Shown in pieces: positions 16,628 through 33,108 of a DNA stretch of 64,000 nt. The translations under genes were made by a program, and so were the position numbers. Source of the stretch: the human T2T-CHM13v2.0 reference genome, Homo sapiens. Where the stretch lies: NCBI RefSeq assembly GCF_009914755.1, contig NC_060934.1; one strand, written 5' to 3'. Every line of letters begins with the position of its first letter. Position 1 is the first letter of the stretch. The notes beneath the pieces were generated by a model. That model made no database searches and had not been told where the DNA came from. It saw only the letters and a list, made by a program, of their open reading frames with translations.

Positions 16628-18011
16628 TTATTGTGATAAATGCCTAAGGAATATATCTTAAATAAAAAAACTCATTTTATACATCAAGGAGCTAGAAAAA
16701 GAATAATAAACTAAGTCCAAGGTTAGCAGAAGGAAGTAAATAATAAATATTGGAGCAGAAATAAATGACATTAAGATAGTAAAACAACTGAAAAGATCAA
16801 TGAAACTAAAAGTTTCTTTGAAAGGCTAAACAAAATAGATAAACCAAGAGCTGTTTTTTTTTTGAAAGGATAAAATAAACCTTTAGCTAGATTAACCAAA
16901 GGGAAAAAAAAAGAAACTCAAATAAATACAATTGTAAATGAAAGAGGAGACATTACAACTGATACTATGGAAATACAAAGGATTGGGGGTGGAGCCAAGA
17001 TGGCCAAATAGGAACAGCTCCAGTCTACAGCTCCCAGCGTGAGCAACTCAGAAGACCAGTGATTTCTGCATTTCCAACTGAGGTACCGGGATCATCTCAC
17101 TAGGGAGTGCCAGACAGTGGGTGTAGGACAGTGGGTGCAGCGCACTATGCGTGAGCTGAAGCAGGGCGAGGCATCGCCTCACCCAGGAAGCGCAAGGGGT
17201 CAGGGAATTCCCTTTCCTAGTCAAAGAAAGGGGTGACAGACGGCACCTGGAAAATCGGGTCACTCCCACCCTAATACTGCACTTTTCCAACGGGCTTATC
17301 AAATGGCACAACAGGAGATTATATCCCGCACATGGCTCTCAGGGTCCTACGCCCACAGAGCCTTGCTCATTGCTAGCACAGCAGTCTGAGATCAAACTGC
17401 AAGGTGGCAGTGAGGCTGGGGGAGGGGCGCCCACCATTGCTCAGGCTTGAGTAGGTAAACAAAGCGGCCAGGAAGCTTGAACTGGGTGGAGCCCACCACA
17501 GCTCAAGGAGGCCTGCCTGCCTCTGTAGGCTCCACCTCTGGGGGCAGGGAACAGACAAACAAAAGACAGGAATAACCTCTGCAGACTTAAATGTCCCTGT
17601 CTGACAGCTTTGAAGAGAGCCGTGGTTTTCCCAGCGTGCAGCTTGAGATCTGAGAACGGGCAGACTGCCTCCTCAAGTGGGTCCCTGACCCCCAAGTAGC
17701 CTAACTGGGAGGCACCCCACACTAGGGGCAGACTGACCCCTCACACAGCCGGGTACTCCTCTGAGACAAAACTTCCAGAGGAACGATCAGGCAGCAGCAT
17801 TTGTGGTTCACCAATATCCGCTGTTCTGCAGCCACCGCTGCTGATACCCAGGCAAACAGGTCTGGAGTGGACCTCCAGTAAACTCCAACAGACCTGCAAC
17901 TGAGGGTCCTGACTGTTAGAAGGAAAACTAACAAACAGAAAGGACATCCACACCAAAAACCCATCTATACGTCACCATCATCAAAGACCAAAGGTAGATA
18001 AAACCACAAAA

Positions 18012-19029
18012 GTGGGGAAAAAACAGAGCAGAAAAACTGGAAACTCTAAAAATCAGAGCGCCTCTCCTCCTCCAAAGGAATGCAGCTCCTCACCAGCAAT
18101 GGAACAAAGCTGGTTGGAGAATGACTTTGACGAGTTGAGAGGAAGGCTTCAGAAAATCAAACTACTCCGAGCTAAAGGAGGAAGTTCGAACCAATGGCAA
18201 AGAAGTTAAAAACTTTGAAAAAAAATTAGATGAATGGATAACTAGAATAACCAATGCACAGAAGTCCTTAAAGGACCTGATGGAGCTGAAAACCAAGGCA
18301 AGAGAACTATGTGACGAATGCACAAGCCTCAGTAACCGATGCGATCAACTGGAAGAAAGGGTATCAGCGATGGAAGAAGAAATGAATGAAATGAAGCGTG
18401 AAGAGAAGTTTAGAGAAAAAAGAATAAAAAGAAATGAACAAAGACTCCAAGAAATATGGGACTATGTGAAAAGACCAAATCTACGTCTACTTGATGTACC
18501 TGAAAGTGACGGGGAGAATGGAACCAAGTTGGGAAACACTCTGCAGGATATTATCCAGGAGAACTTCCCCAATCTAGCAAGGCAGGCCAACATTCAAATT
18601 CAGGAAATACAGAGAATGCCACAAAGATACTCCTCAAGAAGAGCAACTCCAAGACACATAATTGTCAGATTCACCAAAGCTGAAATGAAGGAAAAAATGT
18701 TAAGGGCAGCCAGAGAGAAAGGTTGGGTTACCCACAAAGGGAAACCCATCAGACTAACAACAGCTGATCTCTCAGCAGAAACTCTACAAGCCAGAAGAGA
18801 GTGGGGGCCAATATTCAACATTCTTAAAGGAAAGAATTTTCAACGCAGAATTTCATATCCAGCCAAACTAAGCTTCATAAGTGAAGGAGAAATAAAATAC
18901 TTTACAGACAAGCAAATGCTGAGAGATTTTGTCACCACCAGGCCTGCCCTAGAAGAGCTCCTGAAGGAAGCACTAAACATGGAAAGGAACAACCGCTACC
19001 AGCCACTCCAAAAACATGCCAAATTGTAA
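18012..19029 (+). pseudogene. L1 ORF1p, disrupted (GTG at the start codon, frameshift near 18140)
   Basis: GKKQSRKTGNSKNQSASPPPKE...; 18280-19029 ends YQPLQKHAKL. Confidence 0.93.
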
Positions 19030-19092
19030 AGACCATCAAGGCTAGGAAGAAACTGCATCAACTAACGAGCAAAATAACCAGCTAATATCATA

Positions 19093-22904
<3,812 letters not shown>

Positions 22905-23372
22905 ACAATGAGAACACATGGACACAGGAAGGGAAACATCACACACCAGGGCCTGTTGTGGGGTGGGAGGAGGGGGGAGGGATAGCATTAGGAGATATAC
23001 CTAATGCTAAATGATGAGTTAATGGGTGCAGCACACCAACATGGCACATGTATACATATGTAACAAACCTGCACATTGTGCACATGTACCCTAAAACTTA
23101 AAGTATATATATATATAAAAAGAAATACAAAGGATTGTAAGAAATACAAAGGATTGTAAGAGACTACAATGAACAGTCACACACCAAAAAATTGGATCAT
23201 CAAAGAAATGGATAAATTCCTAGAAACATAAACATATCAAGACCAAATCATGAAGAAATAGAAAATCTGAACAAATGAATAACAAGGAGAGAGAAGTAGT
23301 AATAAAAAATCTCCCAACAAAGAAAAGCCCAGGAACAGAAAGCTTCACAGGTGAATTGTACCAAAAATTTAA

Positions 23373-23881
<509 letters not shown>

Positions 23882-23898
23882 TTAAAGAAGAGTTAATG

Positions 23899-24050
23899 GG
23901 CTGGGCGCGGTGGCTCACGCCTGTAATGCCAGCACTTTGGGAGGCCGAGGCAGGTGAATCACGAGATCAGGAGTTCAAGACCATCCTGGTCAACATAGTG
24001 AAACCCTGTCTCTACTAAAAATACAAAAATTAGCCAGGCATGGTGGTGCA
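23899..24050 (+). mobile_element. Alu truncated at the start of the right arm, fused to an L1MA-type 3' tail (24051-24140)
   Basis: Alu left arm plus ttagccaggcatggtggtgca, then abrupt switch to catcacattatacatcttaaatatgtacaattt. Confidence 0.85.
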
Positions 24051-24269
24051 CATCACATTATACATCTTAAATATGTACAATTTCTGTTTGTCAGTTATAC
24101 TGTAATAACTCTGGAAAACAAAAACCAAACAAAAAAAAAATAAAGATAGGAAGGGGAGTGGGAAACAAACAAAACCTGGAAGCAAACATATACACTCAAT
24201 CCTACTTGATTGTATTCCTGTCTTGGGGGTTGCAGGATGGAGGAGAATGGCATACAAACTTTTAAAACA

Positions 24270-24562
24270 TATTTTAAGTGAAATTCACATAACATAAAAT
24301 TAGCTGTTAAAGCGTAAAATTCAGTAGCATTTAGTACATTCATCGTTTTGTGCAACCACTACCTACATCTAGTTCCAAAACATTTTCATCACTCCAAAAG
24401 AAAACCCTATACCCATAAAGTAATCACTCCTTATCTCCCTCTTACCCCAGTGCCTGGCAAGCATGAATCTGCTGTCTTTATGGATTTAGCAATTCTAGAT
24501 ATTTCCTATAAATAGAATCATATAGTATGTGACTCTTGTGTCTTGCTTCTTTCATTTAGTAT
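24270..24562 (-). mobile_element. L1MB-type 3' end, antisense
   Basis: gtgaaattcacataacataaaatt...ttccaaaacattttcatcactccaaaagaaaaccc. Confidence 0.75.
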
Positions 24563-24599
24563 ACTTAAGATCTCTGAACTCTTTATAGAAGATTCTTTT

Positions 24600-26545
24600 T
24601 TGGGTAGTGAGATGAGTGAAGCAACTCTTAAATTATTAATATTTTATATGTATTATAAGACTGAGCAAATGAGGAACTATGTTAAGGTTGTTAGGAGTCA
24701 GCGGGCTTATTGTGGAAGAAGGGTCATACAAATTTGGAATGAGGAAAGGCAAGAAAGAGCCCTGTGGGAATGGACAGGCATTGGGGTAACAATGTGAACT
24801 CATGATTTATAAAATATATTTACTTATGTATGTACATGTATATGTATAGGTGTGTGTGTATATATATACATCTATGTCTATATGTATATACATTCATATA
24901 TTTCCTAGCTCTATCTGCTGAAAGGACCCAGAAACAGACGCCTAAGCAACAATGAGTACTCCCAGCTCATTAGATGAATCTATTGTTACCCTCATACTAA
25001 AGCCAGATAAAGACATAACAAGAAAGAAAATTATAGGCAATATCCCTGATAAACATAGATTCAAAAATCCTCAACAAAATACTAGCAAGCCAAATTCAAC
25101 AGCACATTAACGGGACCATAAATCATGACTAAGTGGAATTTATCCTTGGAATGCAAGAATTGTTCGACATACGCAAATTTGTGAACATAGTATATCATAT
25201 TAACAGAATTAAGAATAAAATCCATATGATCATCTCAATAGATGCAGAAAAAGCATTTGACTAAATTCAACATTTTTTTTTGTGATAAAGCACTCCAAAG
25301 TGTCTGGATCTTGGTTTCTATTACTCCATTAACAGGGAGCAGGGCTCTTTAGAGAAACAGCTGAATCTAGGGCTGAAGAATCCCTGAAACTTCTTCTTAA
25401 ATCAAAGCAAGAAAGTACTCAAAAAATTGACAAGGGCCTGTCACAAGCACACAGGAACCAGCTTGAAGGGACTCTCAGAGGCCAAATCACGGATTATTCG
25501 GACACCAAAATAATTAAGAACAATAATTAGTTATAAATCATTGAAAAAATAGAAAGCCATGAATACATATCCTTGATGGATTCATAAATACTTAGGGAAG
25601 AAATTAGGATCTTTGTGCAATGCCAAAAACTGACCCAGAGAGAGTCAGAGGATAGAGTGCAGAGATTAGAAAATAATTTTTCAACCATCATAGTAAAAAC
25701 AAAAGTCATCAACAGATGATAAACCTAGGAAGACATTTTGATGAACAGCAAGATATTTGTATGACTGTAAAGTAAGTCCCCACAGATTGCTTACTAGCTG
25801 AAAGGAAAAATGCTCTCTACAAAAAGGAGAAATCCAAGAAACACCTTGACTATGTGATCAAAATTAACCTACCAAGGGGAGGCAGATGAACATCATTTGC
25901 TGTGGTTGTGATATGCTAAGAAGGATACAATATCACATTCATATTCCTGATGGGAATGTATAACTGGAATTTAATCAGGAGGAAATATCAGATAGACCCA
26001 AAATGAGGAATCATGTTTAAAAAAAAAACACTGTTCTTCAAAAATGTTAATGTTATAAAAGACAAAGTCTGTGAAAATGATCCGTTAAAGCCAACTACAA
26101 AGACATAACAATAAAATGTGATACGTAATCCTAAAATGGCTTTTGTAGTGGAGAAGAAATTATTATTGGGTCAGTTGGCAAAATTGAAATACAAATGGTA
26201 GCTTGATGAAAACAATGTACAGGTGTCTGTTCTGTAGTTATGTAAGATAACAGGTATATTCTTAAGAAATACACAGCAAAGTATTTAGTGGTAAAGTGCT
26301 ATGATATTTGTAACTTACTCTCAAATAGTTCTGAAAAGTAATATTTGTGTGTGTGTGTGTGTGTGTATGTGTGTGTGTGCACATGCATGTGGAGAGAGAA
26401 GAGGAGTAGGGAGAGAGTAAATGATAAAGGAAATGGAGTAAAATTTTAACAATAGGTAAATCTGGATAAAGGATATATGAGACTTTTATTATTCTTGCAG
26501 CTTTTTTGGTAAGTTGGAAATGATTTTAAATAAAAAGTTAAAAAA
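24600..26545 (+). mobile_element. L1MC/L1MD-type 3' region, with an embedded L1 ORF2 piece (24970-25290) and (TG)n at 26347-26380
   Basis: ggatcttggtttcta...cagggctcttagagaaacagctgaatctagggctg; terminal ttttaaataaaaagttaaaa. Confidence 0.6.
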
Positions 26546-28189
26546 ATTATTCCATGATTGCCTGACATTTCCATAAAGAACTAGTTTAGCTACATGAAAA
26601 ATAAGTATTTTTCATTGATTTCTTGACTAGAAACCAAAATATTTTAAATTTGGGAAAATAAAAGTCTTTTAATTCTTGATAGACATCTCTCAAAGGCACA
26701 GCCAGGCAACCCTTACCTCTACCTCCTTTTTAATGTTAGGGTGCTGTTTCTTTTACCTAAAGGTTTTAAGAATTTCCATTAGCTTAGAAATATTATACTA
26801 TGATTACTGTATCCTCATGCTTTATTTGGCCTGAGTTAAAATTTTGGCTTTCAACAGGAACAGGCTGAGAAGTTAAAGAGCAACCCTGAGAAGTTAAAGA
26901 GCAACCCATTCAGGGTAAATGAACTGGCCTGGGTTCTTTGCAGCCTATAGGTAGCAGCTCTGTGTAAGTATCATTGGTCAATTTGGCTACACATTGATCA
27001 ATTTGTTGATATCATCAAATAACTGGCTTTTGGTTTTATTGACCTTTGTCTATAGATTTTCTTTTTATTAATATCTACTTTTTATTACTTCCTTCTGCTT
27101 GCTTTGGGTTTAATTTACTTATTTTAAAAAATGTATATTATTTGTCTGAGAACTTGCATCTTTTTAAATGTAGTCATATAATGCTATTGATTTTCCTCTA
27201 AACGCAGCTTTAGTTGCATTCAAAAAATTTGGTATGTTGTATTTGATTTTTCATTCCATTCAAAACATTTTCTAATTACTTTTGAGACTCCCTTTTTGAC
27301 ATGTGTGTTTTCCAGAAATGTGATATTTAGTTTCCAAATATTTGGGGGATTTATCCATATAAGTTTCTGTTATTGATATTTAGTGTGGCTATGTTATGGT
27401 CAAATAATATACTATATATAATTTCAATTATTTTAAATTTGGTAAGGTTTGTTTATAAGCCAGAATACGGTCTATATTTTTTATTTTTATTGAGAGATAA
27501 TTCACGTACCATTAAGTTAACCATTTAAAAGCATACAGTTCAGTGGTTTTTACTTTATTCACAAGGTTGCACAGCCATTACCTCTATTTAATTCCAGATC
27601 ATTTTTCACCACCTTTAAAAGAAGCTCTGTACCCATAGCAGTAACACCATTCTCTCCTCCCAGCCCCAAGCAAGTAATTGTCTACTTTATCTTTATGGAT
27701 TTGCATATTTTGGACATTTCATACAAATGAAATCATATAATATGTGGCGTTCTGTTTCTGGCTTTTTTCACTGAGCCTGTTTTCAAGATTTATCCAAAAC
27801 TTGAAAATGAAGTATTGGTAGTTTATTCCTTCTTATGGCTGAGTAATATTCCATTATATGGATATATGGATATACCACATTTTATTTATCCATTCATCAG
27901 TTAAAGGACATTAAGTTGTTTTGTCTTTTTGTATATGATGAGTAATGGCTATAAGCATTCATGTACAAATTTTTGTATGGACATATATTTTCTTTTCTCT
28001 TGGGTATATATTTGAGGCTGGAATTACTAAGTTATAGGGTAACTCTATGTTTAGCATATTTAGAAATTGCAAAACTGTTTTCCAAAGCAGATAACATTTT
28101 TATTAATACTTGTCATTATCTATCTTTTGAGTCATTCTAATGGGTGTGAAGTGGTATCTCATTGCATGTGTGTGTGTGTTTATGTATGT

Positions 28190-28309
28190 TTTAAGAGATG
28201 GGGTCTCACTGTGTTGCCCAGGCTGGCCTTGAACTCCTGGGCTCAAGTGATTCTCCTATGTCAGCCTCCCAAGTAGTTGGAACTATAGGAGCACCTCACC
28301 ACATTTGGG
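28190..28309 (-). mobile_element. FLAM/Alu monomer
   Basis: gagatggggtctcactgtgttgcccaggctggccttgaactcctgggctcaagtgat. Confidence 0.8.
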
Positions 28310-29510
28310 TTTATTGTGGTTTTAATACGCATTTCCATCTATGGAAAGTTGAAGTTTGCATATGGAAAGTTGTTGAAGGTCTTTTCATATGCTTATTAGT
28401 CACTTGCATGTCTTCTTTGGAGAAATGTCTATGCAAATCCTTTGCCTACATAGAATTTAGTAATTGGGTCTTTTTTATTATTGAGTTATAAAGGTTCTTT
28501 AGATATTCTAGATACTAGATTCTTATCAGATATATGATTTGCAAATGTTTTCTCCTGTTTTGTGTGTTTTTTCACTTTCTTGGTGATGTCCTTTGAAACA
28601 TAAAAGTTTTTAATTTTTATGTAGTCTCATATATTTATTTTTTCATCAGCTTCTTGTGTTTTAGGTGTCATATCTAAGAAACTATTGCCTAATCCAAGAT
28701 ATGGAGAGTTGCATCTCTGTTTTCTTCTAAGAGCGTTACAGTTTTAGCTCTTGCTTTTAGGTCCTTGTTTCATTTTGGGTTATTTTTGCGTATGGTGTGA
28801 GGTAGGGGTCCAAGTTCATTATTTTGCATGTGAAAATCCAGTTGTCTGAGCACTACATTTTGAAAAGACCATTCTTTTTCTCCATTAAATTGTCTTGGCA
28901 CTCTTGCTGAAAATCCGTTGTCCATAGATGTGAAAGTTTATTTATGGATTCTCAATTTTATTCCATTAATCTATATGTCTGTTCTTATGCCAGAAACATA
29001 GTGTCTTAATTACTGTAGATTTGTAGCAAATTTGGAAATCAGGAAGCGTGAGTTCTCCAACTTCTTCTTCTTTTTCAATATTATTTTAGCTATTCCTTGT
29101 TCATTGCATTTCTATATACATTTTAGGATGACTTATAAATTTCTAACAAAAAGATAGTTGAAATTTTGATAAGAATTATATTGAATCCATAGATCAATTT
29201 GGTAGGCACTATCATCTAGCAATATTAAGTCTTTCAATATATGAACACAGGTTGTCTTTCCAGTTTGGTATCTTGACGAATATTCTTTTGTTCTTGAAAA
29301 GAGTATGTATTTTGCTATTGTTGATGGAGTGTTCTATAAATGTCAATTTGGTTGACAGTTTTTTCAGGACCTTTATATATGATTACCCTGAAAGGAGTGT
29401 TGAACTCATCATTGTGAATTTATGTATTTCTTTTTTTAAATATATCAATTTTTGCTTAATGTATTTTGAAGATCTTTAATGTGCATATACATTTAGGATT
29501 TTTGCATTTT

Positions 29511-29806
29511 CTTTCTTTTTTTTTTTTGAGACAAGATCTCTTTCTGTTGCCCAGGCTAGAGTGCAGTGGCATAATCACAGCTCACAGCAGCCTTTACCTT
29601 CCAGGTTCAAGCAATCTTCCCATCTTGGCCCCCTGAGTAGCTGAGACCACAGGGATTCATCATCATGCCTGGCTAATTTTTAAATTTTTTGTAGAGATGG
29701 GAGTTTTCCTATGTTGCCCTTGTCTCAAACCCCAGAGTTCAAGCAATCCTCCCATTTCTGCCTCCCAAGGTGATGGGATTATAGGTGTGAGCCACCATGT
29801 CCTACC
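29511..29806 (-). mobile_element. AluJ
   Basis: Diverged Alu dimer with T-tail; TSD tg(c/t)attttctt. Confidence 0.88.
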
Positions 29807-29960
29807 TGTATTTTCTTAATGTATGTAATCTTTTATTATTATGTAGTATCTCTCTTTATCTTGAAATTTTTGCTCTGAAGTTGGCTTTGATATTAATATA
29901 GCCCCACTGGATTTATTTTGATGAATATTTGCATCATATATCTTTTTTTCATCCTTTTAC

Positions 29961-30268
29961 TTTTTTTTTTTTTTTTTTTTTTTGAGACAGAGTCTTGCTC
30001 TGTTGCCAGGGTGGAGTAGAGTGGCATGATCTCAGCTTACCGCAACCTCCTCCTCCTGGGTTCAGGTGATTCTTCTGCCTCAGTCTCCCAAGTAGCTGGG
30101 ATTACAGGCACACACCACCATGCCTAGCTAATTTTTGTATTTTTTCTTTTTAGTAGAGATGGGGTTTCACCATGTTGGGCATGATGGTCTAGATCTCCTG
30201 ATCTCATGATCTGCCCGCCTCAGCCTCCCAAAGTGCTGGGATTACAGGCGTGAGCCACTGTGCCTGGC
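29961..30268 (-). mobile_element. AluS
   Basis: Alu dimer with T23 tail; TSD ttcatcctttt(t)ac. Confidence 0.9.
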
Positions 30269-30915
30269 TTCATCCTTTTTACTTTTAACCTATCTATATC
30301 ATTATATTTCAATTGGGCTGCTTGTAGATAGCATGTGGTTGAGTCTTGTTTTATTTATCTAATCTGATGATCTCTGTCTTTTTATTAGTGGGTTTAGACC
30401 ATTTCATTTTAATGTAATTATTTGTATGGTTGAGTTTAGGTTTACATTTTATTATTTGTTTTCTGTGTGTCACTTCTGTTCTTCGTTCTTCTGTTCTCTC
30501 TTTCTTGTCTTTTTTGGATTATTCAATTACTTTTATTTATATTTACTTTTCATTTTCATATTGATTTTTTTTGGTTATAATCTTTGTATTATTTTTCTAC
30601 AGGCTGATCTAGGGATTGCAATACATACCTTAACCTTTCATAGTCTTCTTAGAGTTAATGTTTTACCACCTCAAATAAAATGTAGATTGGTAAACAGTAT
30701 GGATGTTCCTCAAAAAGTTAAAAATAAAAATATTGTATGCCCAGCAGTCCCACTCTTGTGTAAATATCCAAAAGAAACAAAATCAATATCTTAAAGAGAT
30801 GTGTACACCCCCAAGTTTATTGCAGCATTTTTCAGAATGGCCAAGATATAGAAATAATCTAAGTATTTGCCAACATGTGACTGGATAAAGAAAATATGAG
30901 ATACACACACACACA

Positions 30916-32304
30916 CGAGGGGGTCTTCAAAAAGTTCATGAAAAATGCATGTTATGAAAAAAACTATGTATGGTTTTCAAAGCTTTTTGCACCAAAAGAA
31001 ACCTGTACTAGTTTGTTATAACATGTCTGAACAAGATCTAGTTTGAGATACTAATTTGTTATAACATGTCTGAACAAGATCTAGTTTGAGGTACTAAGTT
31101 TCAAAAGGACATCCATTTGAAAAAAGCTTCTATTAGAGCAACATGAATTTAGCTAAAATTGGAGCAAGAAGAAACATCAAATTTATGGTGAAGCTTGGGT
31201 GGAAGAATTGTTAAATCCCTGATGCTTTACAAAAAGTTTAAGGGGACAATGCCCCAGAGAAATCAGCAATTTGCAAATGGATAAGTCACTTTAAGAAGGG
31301 ATGAGATGGTGTTAAAGATGAAGCCCACACTGGCAGACCATACTCATCAATTTGCAAGGAAAAAATTCATTTTGTTTGTGCCCTAACTGAAGAGGACCTA
31401 TGAGTAACAGCAGAAACAATATTTACTACCATAGACATCTCATTTGGTTCAGCTCACATAATTCTGACTGAAAAATTAAAGTTGAGCAAACTTTCTATTT
31501 GATGGGTGTCAAAGATCAGCTGTGCCTAGATCAGTTACAGACAAGAGCAGAGCTTTCAATAGAAATTGTAAACAAGTGGGATCAAGATCCTGAAGGATTT
31601 TTTTTCCCAAAGAATTGGAACAGGAGATGAAACATGGCCTTACCAGTATGATTCTGAAGACAAAGAACAATCGAAGCAATGGCTACCAAGAAGTGGAAGT
31701 GGTCCAATCAAAGTAAAAGTGGGATGGTTAAGAGCAAAGGTCATGGCAACAGTGTTTTTGGGGATACTCAAGGCATTTTGCTGGTTAACTTTCTGGAGGG
31801 ACAAAGAATGATAACATCTGCTTATTATGAGACTGTTTTGAGAAAGTTAACCAAAGCTTTAGCGGAAAAATGTCTGAAAAAACTTCACCAGAAAGTCCTT
31901 CTCCACCACAATAATGGGCCTGCTCTTTTCTCTAATCAAGGTCAATTTTGTTAGTTTCTATGGGAAATCACTAGGCATCCACCTGAGCTTCCTACTTTGG
32001 TTCCTATTGATGTGTTTTTGTTTCCTTTTAAGTCTTTTGTTTTTCTTTTAAATCTTTAAAGGCACCCAGCTTTTTTTAAGTTAATAATGTAAAAAAAAAC
32101 CAAAAACAAAAACCAAAAAAAAAAAAACCTACATTGATGTGCTTAAATTTCCGGGACCCTTAGTTTTTTAGGGATGAACTAATCAGCTGGTACTATTGCT
32201 TACAAAAATGTCTACTTCGATGGAGTTTATGTTGAGAAATAAACCTTACATTTTTTATTTTTATCATTTAATTCAATTTTCCATGACTTTTTGAAGTCCC
32301 CTCA
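30916..32304 (+). mobile_element. Full-length HSMAR2 mariner transposon; transposase pseudogene from ATG 31143
   Basis: TIRs cgagggggtcttcaaaaagttcatg.../...catgactttttgaagtcccctca; transposase motifs GTGDETW (~31616-31636) and LHHNNGPA; many stops and frameshifts. Confidence 0.92.
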
Positions 32305-32305
32305 T

Positions 32306-32347
<42 letters not shown>

Positions 32348-32480
32348 ATATAAAATGGGATATTATTCTGCCTTAAAAAAGAAGGAAATCCTGCCATAGG
32401 ATTCACCTTGAGGGCATTATGCTAACTTAAGCGAGACCCAGAAAGTCAAATACTATATGATCTCACTTATATGTGCAATC

Positions 32481-32775
32481 TTTTTTGTTTTTTGAGATAG
32501 GGTCTTGCTCTGTCATGTAGGCTAAAGTGCAGTGGCATGATCTTGACTCACTGCAACCTCGGCCTCCCAGGTTCAAGCGATTCCTGCCTCAGCCTCCCGA
32601 GGAGCCGGGACTAAAGGCATGTGCCACTGTGCCCAGCCAATTTTTTGTATTTTTTTGTAGAGACGGGGTTTTGCCATGTTGGCAAGGCTGGTCTTGAACT
32701 CTTAGCCCCAAGAAACCTACCTGCCTCGGCCTCCCAAAGTTCTGGGGTTACAGGCATGAGCCATGGTGCCTGGCC
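32481..32775 (-). mobile_element. AluS/J
   Basis: Alu dimer, antisense. Confidence 0.88.
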
Positions 32776-32805
32776 TTATATGTACAATTTTAAAAAGTTA
32801 AACTT

Positions 32806-33108
32806 GCCAGGCACAGTGGCTTATCCTTACAATTCTAGTACTTTGAGAGGCTGAGGCAGGTGGATTACTTAAGCTCAGTAGTTCCAGACCAGCCTGGGCA
32901 AGATGGCAAAACTCTGTCTCTACAAAAATTCCAAAAATGTAGGCAGGCATGGTGGTGTGTGCCTGTAGTCCTGGCTACCCAGGGGGCTGAGGTGGGAGGA
33001 TTGCTTGAGCCTAGGAGTTCAAGGCTGCAGTGAGCTGTGATTGTGCCACTGCACTCCTGCCTGTGTGACAGAGTGACCCTATCTAAAACAAAAAATAAAA
33101 ATAAAAAA
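32806..33108 (+). mobile_element. AluJ (head-to-head with the preceding Alu, ~30 bp apart)
   Basis: ggaggattgcttgagcctaggagttcaaggctgcagtgagc (J-type); TSD aaaaagttaaact. Confidence 0.88.

Larger units (their letters stand above)
27000..30686 (-). mobile_element. Nested antisense L1M fragments (L1MB-type element ~27480-29260 inside an older L1); host resumes after 41397
   Basis: Antisense ORF2 and 3' UTR motifs (gagataattcacgtaccattaagttaaccatttaaaag; cttctttggagaaatgtctatgcaaatcctttgcc). Confidence 0.75.

Noticed and set aside
31679-31954. 91-aa mariner-like ORF as a domesticated transposase
   Set aside because: Only a frameshifted fragment of a decayed HSMAR2, with the catalytic motifs eroded (HDNA to HNNG; YSPDL not recognisable).
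32481-33108. Closely spaced inverted Alu pair as a functional dsRNA
   Set aside because: The two copies are old and diverged, intergenic, and nothing in the sequence indicates transcription.
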